Below, one piece after another: positions 12,712 to 27,302 of a DNA stretch of 64,000 nt (position 1 is the first letter of the stretch; every line of letters begins with the position of its first letter). Source of the stretch: Setoptus koraiensis (Eukaryota; Animalia; Arthropoda). Location: the NCBI GenBank assembly GCA_048013815.1, contig CM106585.1, positions 22,506,001 to 22,570,000 on the forward strand, in the 5' to 3' direction. Made by a program: the position numbers and the translations under genes. The notes beneath the pieces are model-generated. The model saw only the letters and a list, made by a program, of their open reading frames with translations. It made no database searches and was not told where the DNA came from.

Positions 12712-15700
12712 ATGGCCATCTATGACCAAGAGTATATCACCCGCTTCTATCAATATCCTGCTGTACAACAGGCGGAGTTGGAACAAAAGTTGAAATTACT
12801 TTCCAGGCATCATGATCGTATTGTCGATGTTAACTTGGAGCATTGCTTTTACGTTGCCTCTTCAGGTATCTATTCTATGATGATTGAGTCTATCTGATTA
12901 TAGCCGTCATACACACATGCATCATAATCATAATAATTAAAAAATGTTCATTTTCCTTTCAATGTAAATTTTGAAGCCCCTCTGAGTGACGAGGAACGCA
13001 AACAAATCGAGTGGCTGATTGACCCAAGTGGCGATGTGAGAAATCAATCGCATTTCGATACACTATTCAGTGGGCGCGACGACGAAGTAGTCGTTGTATT
13101 TGAGATTGGTCCAAGATTAAATTTTTGCACTCCATTCTCAACTCAGGCCGTCTCAATTATCAGATTTTCGTGTGGACCCACCAGCAGTGTCTATCGAATT
13201 GAACGTTCGAAAATCTACCGAATTATCTATAGAAAGGATGGCTCACAGGAGGATATTTGCAGGGAAAGCCTTGAGGATTACACAGTGACTGTGTTGAGCA
13301 GACTTCTCTATGATAGAATGGTAGAGACGGTCTACGAAAAGCCAATCACAAGTTTCAAATCTGTTTCAAATGATGTGAATGCCAACCAAGATAAAGAAAT
13401 ATTGCCGAACAATGAGGTGGACATTATTGGCAACGGTGCGGATGCTCTCAAGTCAATTAGTAGCAAATTGGGCCTGTTCTTTGATCAGTGGGACATTGCT
13501 TTCTATGTCAATTTGTTCACCAATATCATCAAACGAAATCCCACCGTTGTGGAATGTTTTGATTTGGCCCAATCAAATAGTGAACATTCAAGACACTGGT
13601 TCTTCAAGGGCATATTAGACATCGAGGGGCGCGGTGTGGTGAGCAAGTCATTGATGGATTTGGTGTCAGCCACACAAAACAATTCGAACCGTAACAATGT
13701 TATTAAATTTGAGGACAATTCAAGCGCCATTAGAGGATTTTCAGAGCTCAACATAATTAAACCATTCAATTCTACAGAGGCTTCGTTGATGCAGATCAAA
13801 CCAAACCAAACTAGACATATTATATTCACTGCCGAGACGCACAATTTTCCCACTGGCGTTGCCCCATTTCCGGGCGCCGCAACAGGCACTGGCGGCCGCA
13901 TTCGTGATTGTCAAGCCACCGGGCGTGGAGCCCATTGCATCGCGGGCACGGCGGGCTACTCATTCGGCAATCTGTTGATAGACGATTACGAGCTACCATG
14001 GGAAAAGGCAAATGAGGCCTACCCCAACAATTTGGCCACACCGGCCAGAATAGCCATTGAGGCTAGCAATGGTGCCAGCGATTATGGCAACAAATTTGGT
14101 GAGCCAATTATATCTGGTTTTGCAAGAAGTTTTGGAATGCGCTTACCAGTAGTGCAAGAACAAGGCGAGGAGCCTGGCCAAACGGGCTCCACTGGCGACA
14201 GATGGGAATATCTGAAACCGATAATGTTCACGGGAGGAATCGGTAGTATTGATGATAAATATATTAAGAAAGTTAGGCCCGATAAAGGCATGAAAGTGGC
14301 CAAGTTGGGTGGGCCCGTGTACCGTATTGGCATTGGTGGCGGAGCGGCTAGCTCGGCCACAGTCACAAACAAAAGTAACAAACAAATTGACGAGCTCAAC
14401 TTTAATGCAGTGCAACGAGGTGATCCCGAAATGGAACAAAAACTGAATCGTCTAATTAGAGCTTGCATAGAGTACAATGGCAACGGATTAGAGGATCAAT
14501 CGAGCAACACTGATTTCAATCCTATTTTGTCTATTCATGACCAAGGCGCCGGTGGCAACGGCAATGTTCTGAAGGAAATTGTTGAGCCTATGGGCGCCAT
14601 AATAGACGCAAACAAATTTACATTGGGCGATCCCACCATCAACATATTGGAATTGTGGGCGGCCGAATATCAGGAAAGCGATGCCATTCTCACTGGCGGT
14701 GTTGGCTCAGATGACGAGAAATTGTTGAAGAAAATCTCAAAACGTGAAAAGGTCAATGTGGACATTGTTGGCGAGGTAAGCGACGATGGCCAGATGAAAG
14801 TGTGCAACTTTGTCCGACATCAACACGACCGAATGTATCCCATAGACCTGAAATTGGATTATGTCATCGGGTCCATGCCGAGAAAATTGTTCAACCTCAA
14901 AGATTATTGTCAGCAGCCCATTATTAGTGGCGGCCGATTAGCGATTGGCGCGCATCAAAATTCATTACTGTTGCATGGTGTCTTGGAACGAGTGCTCAAA
15001 TTGCCCAGTGTTGCCTCAAAGCGCTACTTGACCACCAAAGTGGACCGTTGTGTCACCGGTTTGATAGCCGGCCAACAATGTTTGGGCCCGTTGCATACGC
15101 CAATCGGTGACTATGGACTGATATCGCTGAGTCATTTCGATTATCGAGGTTCTGTTACATCAATTGGCGAACAACCGATCAAGGGCCTGCTCAGTCCCAA
15201 GGCAAACGCACACATGAGCGTTGCCGAGGCTCTCACAAACATGATGTTTTGTGTAGTCACCTGTTTGGAGGATGTCAAGTGCAGCGCTAATTGGATGTGG
15301 GCAGCTAAATTGCCGGGCGAAGGGGCCAAGCTGGTGGACGCTTGCCAGGCCATGTGTCAGCTAATGTCAGAGCTTGGTATTGCCGTTGACGGTGGCAAAG
15401 ATTCTCTGTCTATGATGGCCACAGTGGATAGGAATAACTCTAGCCTGATTAAAGCACCCGAAAGATCAGAAAAATCATCAAGTAGTGATGAGCTAGACAG
15501 TGAGAGGCCCGAACAAGAGATAGTGAAATCGCCTGGTACGTTGGTTATAAGCGCCTATGCACCGGTGCCCGATATCAGATGTAAAGTGACACCCATTATG
15601 GAGTGTCTGCCAACTAGTCGCTTAATCTGGCTGAATATGTCGCACAATTGTAATGCTCAAGAGCATTTTAAGCCAAGATTGGGAGGCTCAGCTCTGGCTC

Positions 15701-17148
15701 AATCATTTGGCCAGCTGGCCGTGGACGAAGCGCCCGAAATCAACGATGCCTCTCTGCTGAAATCTGGCTTTAATATGGTTCAACAACTGATTAAAGACGG
15801 AATTTGCACTGCCGGCCATGACATCAGCGACGGAGGACTGTTGGTTTGTCTCATAGAAATGGCCCTAGCGAGTCACTCTGGTCTAGATTGTAATTTCAGC
15901 AAGGAGGCCTCGCTCAAAAATATCAAAGAACCGGTCAAAATTGACGATTGCCTGAGATACATGTTTGCTGAAGAGTGCGGCATCATTTTGGAAGTTGACA
16001 CTAGCAAGATGCCAATGACGCAAATTCTAGCCAAATGTCGTGAAAAACATTTGCAGGCACAAGATATTGGCGCCGGCTCCTACAATGATCAACAGGTGAA
16101 AATAAGATTTTTCAATCAACTCATAGTCAATTATAACGACAATAACACGCTGCGACAACAATGGGAAGAGACGAGCAAACGCTTGGATTTGATGCAAGCC
16201 AATGAGGTGTGTGTCCGGCAAGAGTACACTGGCATGAGCGAGCGGCCCGTTAAACCAAACTGGAAATTAACATTTGATGCTAATAAAGTGAAAATATTAC
16301 AAATAGGCCAAGATTTTCACTATCTGACACCGAGACCTCAAGTGGCTGTTGTGCGCGAAGAGGGCATCAATGGCGACAGAGAAATGATCGCAAGTCTTTG
16401 TCTGGCGGGCTTCGACGTGTTCGATGTCACCGTCACCGATTTGACGGGCGAGCGGGGCCTCAGTTTGAGGCAATACAAAGGACTTATATTTCCAGGCGGA
16501 TTTTCTTATGGCGACGTATTTGGTTCGGGTCGTGGCTGGGCGGCAACAATGAAATTCAATCAACATCTCAATCAGGAATTAATGCATTTTCGCCAAAGAC
16601 CAGACACATTTTCCTTGGGTGTTTGCAACGGATGCCAGCTGATGTGTTTGTTGGGTTTCTTCGATAAAATGGACACAGATCCGTTTGCCGAGCCGTCTGT
16701 TCAATTGACACAAAACGATTCGGGCCGTTTCGAGTGCAGATTTGTCAATATCAGGATAGAAGCTAACACTAATTCTATTATGCTTAAACAGATGCAGTCA
16801 AGTTGTTTTGGTGTTTGGGTGGCTCATGGCGAGGGCAAGTTTGAGCTCAGTGGCAAGGACAAATATAAAGCAGAGCAAGACGAACGTATCGCCATGAAAT
16901 ATGTTGACGACTTTGGGGAGCCAACACAACAATATCCATTAAATCCAAATGGAAGCAAATTTGCTGTGGCTGCAATATGCAGCACCGATGGCAGACATTT
17001 GGCCATGATGCCTCATCCGGAAAGATGCACCCAAATGTGGCAGTGGCCTTACGTTTTGCCAGAGTGGAAAACCGGCGAGAAGCGTATCGACGTGAGCCCC
17101 TGGAACAAGATGTTTGTGAACGCTTTTGAATTTTGCACACAATGTTAG
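12712..17148 (+). CDS. PFAS: Phosphoribosylformylglycinamidine synthase (FGAM synthase, PurL); join(12712..12865,12977..17148)
   Basis: Motifs EIGPRLNF.T, DLAQSNSEHSRHWFF, AETHNFPTGVAPFPGAATGTGGRIRD, IHDQGAGGNGN, GGKDSLSM, GHDISDGGL, GGFSYGDV, LGVCNGCQ (catalytic Cys), MPHPER. A phase-1 GT..AG intron at 12866-12976 (111 bp) joins ...FYVASS to APLSDEERKQIEWLID in frame. AATAAA at 17173-17178. Confidence 0.97.
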
Positions 17149-17604
17149 ATTATCTCATCAATTATATTGATCAATAAAATGCTAATTATTTTCAATCATC
17201 CCAGTTCGTTCACTAAACAGAGATAGAGAGACATGTTTAAGCGAGGTATGTGTGTCATTGCCTTTTCTCAAGTCTGCCTTGTTTTCTGCACTATTCATCT
17301 GGTTAGTCAGCTAACTAGAGATACCAATTGCTGATACAATCAACAAAACTACAAACACGAATATAACAACAGAATATATGGCCTCGGCACCGGCCAATCC
17401 GCCCAAATAGGAGCCTGATGAGCCGCGCTCGCAGCTTATCTCTGACCAGCGCCTTTGTTGAGCTTAGCGCAGACATTTAAAGACATCCGACGGTATGATA
17501 GCGAGATAGCGAAATGGCGAGATAGTGAGATAGTCGTATGACAATAGAATATACATAATAATTGTATATTATACAATATAATATATTACTGTAGAACAAT
17601 TAAA

Positions 17605-17688
17605 CTAATTTTGTAAGTGAGCAGCCTAATTTTGTAAGTAAGCCACCTAATTTTGTAAATGAGCAGCCCTATTTTGTGAGCAAGCATC
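17605..17688. repeat. 21-bp minisatellite (4 copies)
   Basis: ctaattttgtaagtgagcagc and variants. Confidence 0.85.
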
Positions 17689-19401
17689 CAAGCTAGTTCT
17701 GGCTGGCAGTCACTTGACTGGCTAACTAGACACTGTCTAGTGAGCAGACCTAGCTATGGAGCCCACAGCAACTGTGTCGAGCAATGGAATGACTGGCTGG
17801 CCAACTGAATTGGCACTATGAATCGGGCGATGGCTGCTAACAATGCTGACCTAAATGCGAAAGCTTTCCACTAGTGAGTAGCAGGTATTGTTTGGCTTGC
17901 AATAGCCAAATTTAGGAATAGATAATCTTTGTATGTATGTGCTGCTGACAAAAAATCATTGTTATATAATGCATCTCCATTCAACTTATAGCTCTTACAG
18001 TGCCAAAGGAAGTAGGCAAAAATAGATTAGATCAGCGTAGCGGAAATATCAGCATCATCACAATACATTTACAGGAGTCAGTGTCGTCGGTGTTTGTTGT
18101 GTATAGGGGAGGGCCGTGAAAAGGAGAGTCGTTTGAGATTAGATTTGTTGTTATTGTACCTCAGTAGGTGCACAAGTATGATGGCCAAGCGAGGGCACGC
18201 CAGTGATGCCGTGTTGTACCGTTATAGCTAATAGTGGAGGCAACCTTGAACAAATGAGCAACAAAAACTGATTGCGTGTGTTCCCTATATGGATGGAGCC
18301 CATCTACACACGGAGCCATTGGTGATTGGTGCAATTAATTTGCTAGAAATGGTCCGACGAAGCAGTGTTCAGTTGGGCTGGCTGGCTGGCTGGCTGGCCG
18401 TAACCTGGCCAGCCACAGTATATTAGTACAGTATAGGTGCATATTAATGAGACGGCGCAAGAACACAACAACAACAACAACAAGCCAGAATGGGAGAAAC
18501 TTACTGATAATGTTGTGCTGCTGAAATGACTGGCTGAATTTACGACCCGTCCAACTAGGCAACATATTTTCGAGCCTCTACTCGATTATATCATATAATA
18601 CACCATACTATATATCATTGCTCACATGTGTGTGTGTGTGCCAACATAAACTAACATGGTGTCAGTATAGTAAGTTTAGTAACTAAACTGTGGCGAGCCT
18701 TATTGATGCACCTCACGATATATGCGCCTCGTCCCTCGCATTGCGTTCGTTAGGGCTGTTTTGTTCTGGATGTGAACTTGAACTTGGGATGGTCCAACAC
18801 TGTGCTGGTCCCGAATTAATGTCCGCTTCGCGTCTAGTGTTGCCGCCGCCACTGCCGCTGTTAATAGGCAATATTTATTCGGAGGAGGGCCCGCGATGCC
18901 GTGTCGCCCGAATAAATATTAAGGCGCAAAGGTAAGCTCTCACAAGCAAACTATTGGTTCAACAAAATTGGTTGTCAGCCTGTTGGGATCAATGATCACT
19001 GCGGATGACATCATGTTATTTCTGCGTCTGTGTGCGTCATACATGAGTTGGTCAGTTTGGTTTACAAAAAATAGTATCCATTTAGTGGGCGCGCAGTTGC
19101 ACTTGTCGCCCAATTTTCAAGCGTCGTAATAATAACAGACACCCAATTTTGGCCACTCGATCATATCGCACTAGTGAGCTTACATAGGTAGTGTCAAATC
19201 GGTCAAATAAGAGTATCATGAGAGGAACAATTGTTAGTGCAGTTGCAACCAACAACTGATGGTGTGTTGTGTGGATGTGTCGACAATCTTATCGTCATCT
19301 ATTATCGTTGATTTGAGTTGGACGCTCATGATGCCAAAATAGAAGAGGATATATAGAGAAGCAAGCAATCAGTAACATTGCTTACATCATATTGGATAGC
19401 C

Positions 19402-19474
19402 CGGCCACTACGAGAGCGGCCACTATGAGAGCGGCCACTATGAGAGCGGCCACTATGAGAGCGGCCACTATGAG
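19402..19474. repeat. 15-bp minisatellite (5 copies)
   Basis: cggccactatgagag repeated almost perfectly. Confidence 0.92.
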
Positions 19475-19971
19475 GCGCTGGCGCTAATCTCTCTTTGCGC
19501 CACTTGACAGTATATAAATTAATATATTTGTCTGTGGCAGATGCTCCCGAGGCCGGAGCCAACCAATTTGCCATTATTTATTTCGTTGTGTCACGTGTGT
19601 TTTTGCCACTGGCCCCCTATCGCACAATTGTGCCCCAATTCATTCCGCGCGTTGGCCACGCTTTACCGACACCCACAGTGAGCAGTAGCTACTGTACACT
19701 CACTGTTCACTGCGTAACTATTGCCGATCGCGATAACATATGTATCGAATGGCTGAGTTGCGAATGATCCACGATGATCCAATTTAATTTAAATCAAATC
19801 CAATCCAATCTGTTCCTTTTTCTTTTGTTCTTGCCATTTCATTTCACGTGTAATGCGCCCCCTACCAGCCACTGTCAGGCACACTGCAGCATTACGTGCG
19901 CCGCGCGCGTTGTCAGGTTCGATTCGATCTAAGCCTAATGCCAATGCTATTATTGTTCGATTGGGGCCGCT

Positions 19972-19977
19972 CACACA

Positions 19978-20047
<70 letters not shown>
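19972..20047. repeat. (CA)n microsatellite
   Basis: Long, nearly pure CA run. Confidence 0.98.
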
Positions 20048-20048
<1 letters not shown>

Positions 20049-21037
20049 GTGGCCGAATCGAATGTGCGCCTAAATTATCAGTAATAGATTTAATTTGCGT
20101 CTCGCCACCACAGGCGCCCACCACCTTTGACGTGTCTCTGCGTTAATGGATAGCCCCGAGTGAAACTGGCTATACATAGCACTGACACTGTACGTGGGCA
20201 AGTGCCGCCACGTAGCGGGTTTTACAATCCTGTGTGCCCATTTAAAGGCTGACGCCATGTGACTGCCCGTGTGCCAGTGTGTGTGTCGAATATCATCGAT
20301 CGGGCCAGTGCGCGCATAGCACAAGCGCGTGATGCGGCCACCCCCGTTATAACTAGATATCGGCCAACCAACCGCTGACCCACTGGCCAAACACAGCAAG
20401 CAACTAGAGACAAACGCGCAAAAAGAGTTGGTGGGCGCAGGCAACGTGACACGCATATTACGCTTAATCAGCACTTGAGTTTAGGGGGCGCACATCACAA
20501 TTGTTTGGCTTGTGGCTGGACAAAGAGCGATAGAGAATTGGGGGGCCTCACAAGCCCCACGGGCCCCACTGGCCCCGCTAGTAAGTAAGCAAGCAGTGCA
20601 GTGTATTGGAACAGTGGAACAAAACTGATGCGAACTGCGCCGAGCGTGCATTATTCTTTTTGCCTGTTCCGCATTTTTGCACTGTTTGTACTATGGAACA
20701 AAATTACGATACACACACATGTGTGTCGGTGTGTGCAAGCGAGCAAACGAGCGAGAGGTGTCGCGTGTGGTGTTTTGTGTGTCAATAGACGGGCGTGAAA
20801 AATCTCAATGCAACAACATGTACCATGGAATGCAGACACACACTGGCATAGAATGCGGCGTCTGTAGTACATGTTACCGTCTGTAGAGGCACATGTTACA
20901 TGTAACACACAGTGTGAGTGATTGCGTTAGATCATCGAACCATCGACATTCGACATTTGATGCTCGTCGCCAGCATACATCGCAACTGTTCTCATCGCGC
21001 CACCATTATTATTGTTGCCAGTATTACGCTATCTCCA

Positions 21038-21182
21038 TTATTATTATTACTATTACTACTACCACTACTATTACTATTATTATTATCGCTGCTATTATTA
21101 TTATTATCACTACTACTATTATTATTAGTATCACTGTTATCATTATTGTTATTATTATTATTTGTTGTCGTTGTTGTTGTTG
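21038..21182. repeat. Compound (TAT/TAC/TGT)n trinucleotide tract
   Basis: Degenerate tat/tac/tgt triplets; source of the poly-L/I/T/N track ORFs. Confidence 0.9.
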
Positions 21183-22222
21183 ATGTCATTATTTGTTCAT
21201 ATGTGAGGCTCCAGTGAGCAACACACAGTCTAGACGATTATAAGATTTGATAGAGTTGTTCAATGGAAGCGGCCAACAACGGGCCAGATATCATCAGCAA
21301 ACGCACATATTCAGCAAAGGCAACAACATTATGACAAGTGGCCAGACAAAGAGACTTGCTCGTTGATATAAATTAGTCTTGTAATACGACAATGTGATGC
21401 TGATAAGCGACAACAACAACAACACACACGGCATGTCATTGAATCACGTCTCTAGGACTTTCCATTTGCACAACAACAATTAACAGTAAACCATTAGGGC
21501 CCAATGACGACATCAACCAACACGCTGGACAGCCACAATTTATTGCTTTGTCTATCTACGCACAGTCAACTCAATTGTCGTTGTTCATTTCACCCTTGAG
21601 GCACTAAATCACTTTGCCTTTCACTCTCAATTGAGTCGCCACCACCCATCACCAGCAACACCAACAACATCAACAACAACAACATCAGCACGAGCCCAAT
21701 AGAAGACTAAACCGCTCAATGTAAGCTACGTGACTTAACTATTGTCCCCTGCTTGTGCATACTTGTTCCCTTTTATAAATACCTATAGTCGCCTCGGGAC
21801 TTATTCAATTTATCTAGTTGATACACATCCACCTACTCATAGGGGCCACATTACACATAATATACACCTTGCACACACAACAGACTCACAACTCATGTAC
21901 ATACGTGGCTATTGTTTACGATGTGCGCATGCCGTGATATACAAAATCAACCAGCCAATAAAATAACCAGTCACTCAGCAAGCCAGTCAACCAGCAAATG
22001 AATGCCAGTGTATTAGGCGAGCTAATGCGCGAAAAAAAAAGAAAAGAAAACGCACCTAGAAAAACGTGTGTTAAATCGGAAACATTGAAGAGATTATATA
22101 CAGCTCTAGAGAGATATATCATAGATTACTGGCAAGTAAATGTTCCAACTTAGAAGCTGTTAATATAGCTCACGAAATCAGGCACCGGAAATACTAGAAA
22201 TATTTGATTTGATCCTTCTCTA

Positions 22223-22223
<1 letters not shown>

Positions 22224-22276
<53 letters not shown>
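22224..22276. repeat. (CA)n microsatellite
   Basis: Pure CA run. Confidence 0.98.
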
Positions 22277-22279
<3 letters not shown>

Positions 22280-25200
22280 CACACTGCTGCCAATTGATCT
22301 TATATGATGCCTTTTGTTGGCACTATCAATATGTTGTTGTAAAGTGACTTGGTACAGCCTGACCTGTCTAAACAACTCAATAAACTGGTGCTCACTAAAC
22401 CAGGATCAATTGTTAATAATATTAAACTACAGAAAAAAAGAAAACTACTTCAAACATCTGCCAATCATAGAGTCAATAGATTGTAAGAGTTGTAGTGCAC
22501 TTATTCTCAAGTTGCCAACAATAATCTCCTCTCACACAGGCTAACCAAAAATACCCAACCAGTGCCTCATTAAATATTGGACCGGGCCTACATAATTTAA
22601 TGTTGACAACGGGCAAAACTATTCCGTTTCACAGCGTTCCCATCCAAAGCAATTAGGACATATTCGAAAAAAAAAAATTGTTTGGCCCGAACAATAGACT
22701 CAGCTAGTAGTCGCGCATTCTCATTGATATTATATTTTCTACTAAATTGAAATCTCTGCTGAAACAGCTGCTCAAAGACTTTCAATAATAACAGCAGCAT
22801 TAAGGGCACGATGGGCTTGACAAGGATGGTCAGTTCTGTAGGACAAATTAGAAAAGATTTGGTAAGTATTATCACTATCACTTATGTTAGCTGTAATAAC
22901 ATTAATGGTGGGAGATATAATTTTTTGTGTTTTAAAAATCAATTATTATTATTATGACAGTTGCTGCTAAAGCAATATAAATTCTCAAATACCATGTGCC
23001 GCATCACTATAGAAAGTGAGCTTTTCAGTCAGCGTTTATGGTAGTTTGCGTTGAGCCACCATTTAAACTTGAAACTATTAAATGATTTCTTATGGTGTTT
23101 TCCATCATGCGAGTTGGCGAAAGAACGAGTTCGTGAATCAAAGCGCGTTGATGTTTTTCGCAGTGAGTGCTATATTATCCAGCTTAACAATCCGATCTAG
23201 AATAATGACAACAACAACTTGATGGTGCGTAGCTAGCGGGCGGATTCTCTAATGCTGTTTGCCCTTAACACTGAAGTCGTCAAGCAGTTGCCGTCGCCTC
23301 AAGCGTGACCGTCGTTGTCATCTTCTCTATAAATGCTATTATATGAACCTAACCTTCTCTTCCATAACTACCAGCCAAGCTATTTCCACAATTTCCATTA
23401 GCTCTACTTCACATGCACTGCTTTTCTTCTTTCTTTCCTACGAATGCTTTTGCAATTGCAACTGGCACCACCATCCTTACTATAGCACCTATTACTAAAA
23501 GTGGTCGCTACTCTAATCATTGGCGAAGTCGCTATCAAGCTGGCGCCGATAGTGAATTTAATTTTCTATTTCTTGCTTCTCACTTTTCACCATTTCAAAA
23601 GCCTCCTTCTGCTTCACTTCTGTCTATCTAATTCTAGGCTCAGAGAATGTGAGATTCTATCTATCTGTGAGTTTGTCGGCAGAAGTGAGAGGGGTAGATA
23701 TATATATATATATATATGTACGGAGAGAGAGAAAGAGAAAGAAAGAGAGATAGAGAAAGAGCTGAACGGAGAGTGAGCAGGCCAGTTCTCAGAGTGAACC
23801 ATTCAGACAAGCTCCTCAAGAGGAGCACGCTTTCAAACAGATCCAGCAAGCAACCAAGGTATCACACGACCGTCGGAAGCGCTGGCCCCAAATTACGACG
23901 ATATGGTCTCCACAGACGGCACGCCAATGTCTATGTGACTACATGTATCGCGATTATTACCATCCACCGCAACTTGCATAACATTAATTATTGTGTGTAT
24001 TAATGTGCCAGCACGTTACTCATTTGATTTATTGAGATAGCGAGAAAAAAAAAGAGACGGAGAGTTGCGCGACCAGATTTATCTAGATTAAAAATCACCA
24101 AGAAGGAACACACCCATACAGTTAATAACTGTGCAGTTACCGAGTTTATACAGAGAGATAATTGTTGTTAGTCTGAGCTGCTATATTATTGTTACCATAG
24201 TGGGTCCCAGCGACTAATATTGTTCTCTCAGTTAGCTCCATTACATATTGTCCAAGCTAGCTTAAATTTCATCTACCACGAGAGACGTATCTAGCGTCGT
24301 CTTCGGCGCTGTCCTAACCCACCAACACAAAACATTACATAACTGTAATACACTAACTATAAACACAACCGCTGTCTACCTACAACCTACTCTTTTTCTT
24401 TACCTGACATTTACGCTACTATCTCACCATCGTTATCACAAACACCGTCGCAGTCAGCGTAATCATCATCACTGCAGTTACAATAGCCATTCCAGTGTAG
24501 CCAGACCATTCTCTTGAGCGTACCATATCGTCTTATTTATCTATCGAGCTGCACCACTTCCACTACCAGCCTCGCTATCTTTCCATGCACTAACTACTAC
24601 TAACTAGGCGCTTATGCACATGTCCTTGCCTTGACACTCCACTACTACTACTTCTTCTTTTAGTGCCATCACCAATACCACAATCGTATTCACTCTCACT
24701 CTTCTGGATGCATCATTTCCACCTGCGTACACATCACTCACGACAACGACTTTATAAGCTGTTCATAACCAGTTCATCGTGTGCCACACACACACACACG
24801 CACACACGCACACACATACACACACACACACACATTTGACTTCGATAACTAGATCGAGGCAGACGTGAGCAAAATCCACCACTAGTAACCATCAACCACA
24901 ACAAAAATAGAGACCAAAACAAAACAAAGTAACATAACACAGTATAGCACAACACTGAACAACCAGGCAGCTAGACAGTTAAGCAACTGACTATAATAAC
25001 ATAACAGTCTGACGACGACATGACAGCAAAGTAGGAACATGTCTGAAGATATGTTGAGATAGGAAGAGAATAAGGTAGATGATTAGGGAGAGACAAAGAG
25101 AGAGTGAGAAGGGGAGAGAGGGAGAGAGAGAGGGAGAGAGAGAAAAAAAAACAAAACAAGGACTGTCTTCGTCATTTATGTTGCTATGCCTTGAGAAACT

Positions 25201-25326
25201 TTTGCTTCATTCCGCCTTGTTCCAGTCATTAATTCATTCTAGTGATGTTAAGCGGCACAACCACCTCTAGTTTCATCCGTAGACATATTCGTGCACAAGC
25301 AATGATTGACTCTCTCTCAAGACAAT

Positions 25327-27302
25327 ATGACATTATATAATAATAGCAATAATTCTAATAATTATGATACTAAAATAATAAACAATTTATCGTCCAATCG
25401 TTTTATTAACTCAAAACTACAACGACTACAACAACAACAACCAAACCATTCGTCATCGCCAATAATCGCGTCTTATGTCAATCTCGCTCAATATTCGAAC
25501 AACAATGTTAATCTCGTTGAAATGATCGATAACACTAATATTGTTGTCAATCAAACGATTGTATGTGATGATGATGAACAACAAACAAACAAAACAAATG
25601 CTGCCTCTATTTCTAATCAAACTATCAATGATGGTAACATATATAAAACTGTAACGACAAATGCAAACAATAATTACGGTGATGATACTATTTCGCATCA
25701 ACAACGAACAACTATTGTTACAAATCGACATCAATTGCCGCCACCGTCATCATCATCACCACAACCGGTCATGCTATCAAATCAATGCGACCTGAACTAT
25801 AACAATTGCCAAAAAAACAATTCGTCCACGGCAATTCACAACACGCAATCGTCCCAACAACATCAACAACTATCACGTAACCCTTCATTAAAAACAATCA
25901 ATCAATTACAACAACAAAATCTAAAGAAAAACTCTGATTTAACTACAGTTCACGTTGTTGTTGGTAATGAGGCTTGCGATCTCGATTCGGCAGTATCATG
26001 CCTGTTAATGTTCCATATCTTGACCAAAATGTCGGACGGCATCAATGGAAAAGATAAAGTCAATACATTGTACATACCCTTGCTCAATACTACAAGAGAT
26101 TTACTTGAAAGCAAGAGCGAAGTGCTATGGTTCCTCAAGAAAACTCTCAATATTGACAAGTCATTTTTGACTTGCAAGGATGACATCGACTGGAAGGAAA
26201 TAAAGAAGAGTAAGTATTCTCATTGACAATCTATTCTGCCATCGAAATCGATCATATTGCTCTAACGCTCATCCAATATGGATTATCTTGTATTTTCATC
26301 ACCTTCTCATCTACAGCGGGAGTTGAAGTCCTCATCACCCTGGTTGATCATAATTACAGCGAGGAATTTGACAATATTGGCAAAATTGTTGAGATTATAG
26401 ATCATCATCCTATCATGAATCGCGATTGGTTATTTGCCAACCATTCCAGTTTAAGATTAACTCTTGATCCAACTGTTGGCTCTTGTACCACTCTAGTAGC
26501 GGAGAGACTCTTTAATATATACGCTGAACATCATGTAGCCGATGAGATTTTACTATTAATTTACGGAACAGTCCTTTTAGACACTATTTGCCTGTCAGAG
26601 AAAGCCAAACGTTTTACACGCCGTGATGTGTACCTACTAAAGAAACTAGATACCTTAATGGGTTCGAAGCGTCCTTCCAGAGATGAATTGTACAAACAAC
26701 TAGTGGAGGTGAAAAATACCACAAAAGAACTGAACTTTGAAAAGCTAATGAAACGAGATTTAAAAGTTTTCAAAGATGTAAATGGCCTTAGAGTTGGTAT
26801 TGCGTCATTGTTCGGCATGGCAGCCAAAGAAGCTCTAGGTTTGGCCGCCAATATTAATTTAGATGTTTTCTTTCAGCAACACAAGTACGAAGCATTTATT
26901 ATAATGGGTCTAGTAACAGACGTGGACCATATCGATAGTATATCACGTGATTTAGTGGTTATTTCGGCCAATGAAAACTTATTCCAAGAGTTGACAACGA
27001 TATTTGAGGCCGAATCTAGCAAATTGGATCTAGAAATTGTCGAGACCAATCATAACAATATAGAGGATTGCAGCGTTAGGAAACAGGAACAAAATCCTCT
27101 CGTTTTTTATAGAGCACGAATCTATTTACAAAAGAATGTGACGTCTTCTAGAAAAGTTGTTGCGCCGCTTGTCTTGAAAGTTTTACACGACGGAGCCAGC
27201 AAAAACAATGATTTAAAATCTTCTGATCTATCGACCGTCATTGAACCTAAGTCGGAAAAGTTGTGTCAACCTGATGAGAATGCTGTTGATAATGAAATCT
27301 AG
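25327..27302 (+). CDS. PRUNE1: Prune-family exopolyphosphatase/phosphodiesterase (DHH + DHHA2); join(25327..26209,26317..27302); start codon uncertain
   Basis: HVVVGNEACDLDSAVS, LVDHN, EIIDHHP, VGSCTTLV, GTVLLDT, RDLK and SRKVVAP motifs. A phase-1 intron at 26210-26316 (gtaagt...ctacag, 107 bp) joins the two track ORFs in frame. First in-frame ATG is at 25327. Confidence 0.93.

Noticed and set aside
17605-19474. Minisatellites considered as CRISPR-like arrays
   Set aside because: Units are head-to-tail with no unique spacers, there are no cas genes, and the context is eukaryotic.
17200-25300. Scattered ORFs and donor-like sites between PFAS and prune (18690-18935, the HSGRS repeat at 19326-19574, 22597-22881, 23716-24003)
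   Set aside because: Repeat-derived or short, with no domain signature or compatible exon chain; treated as intergenic.
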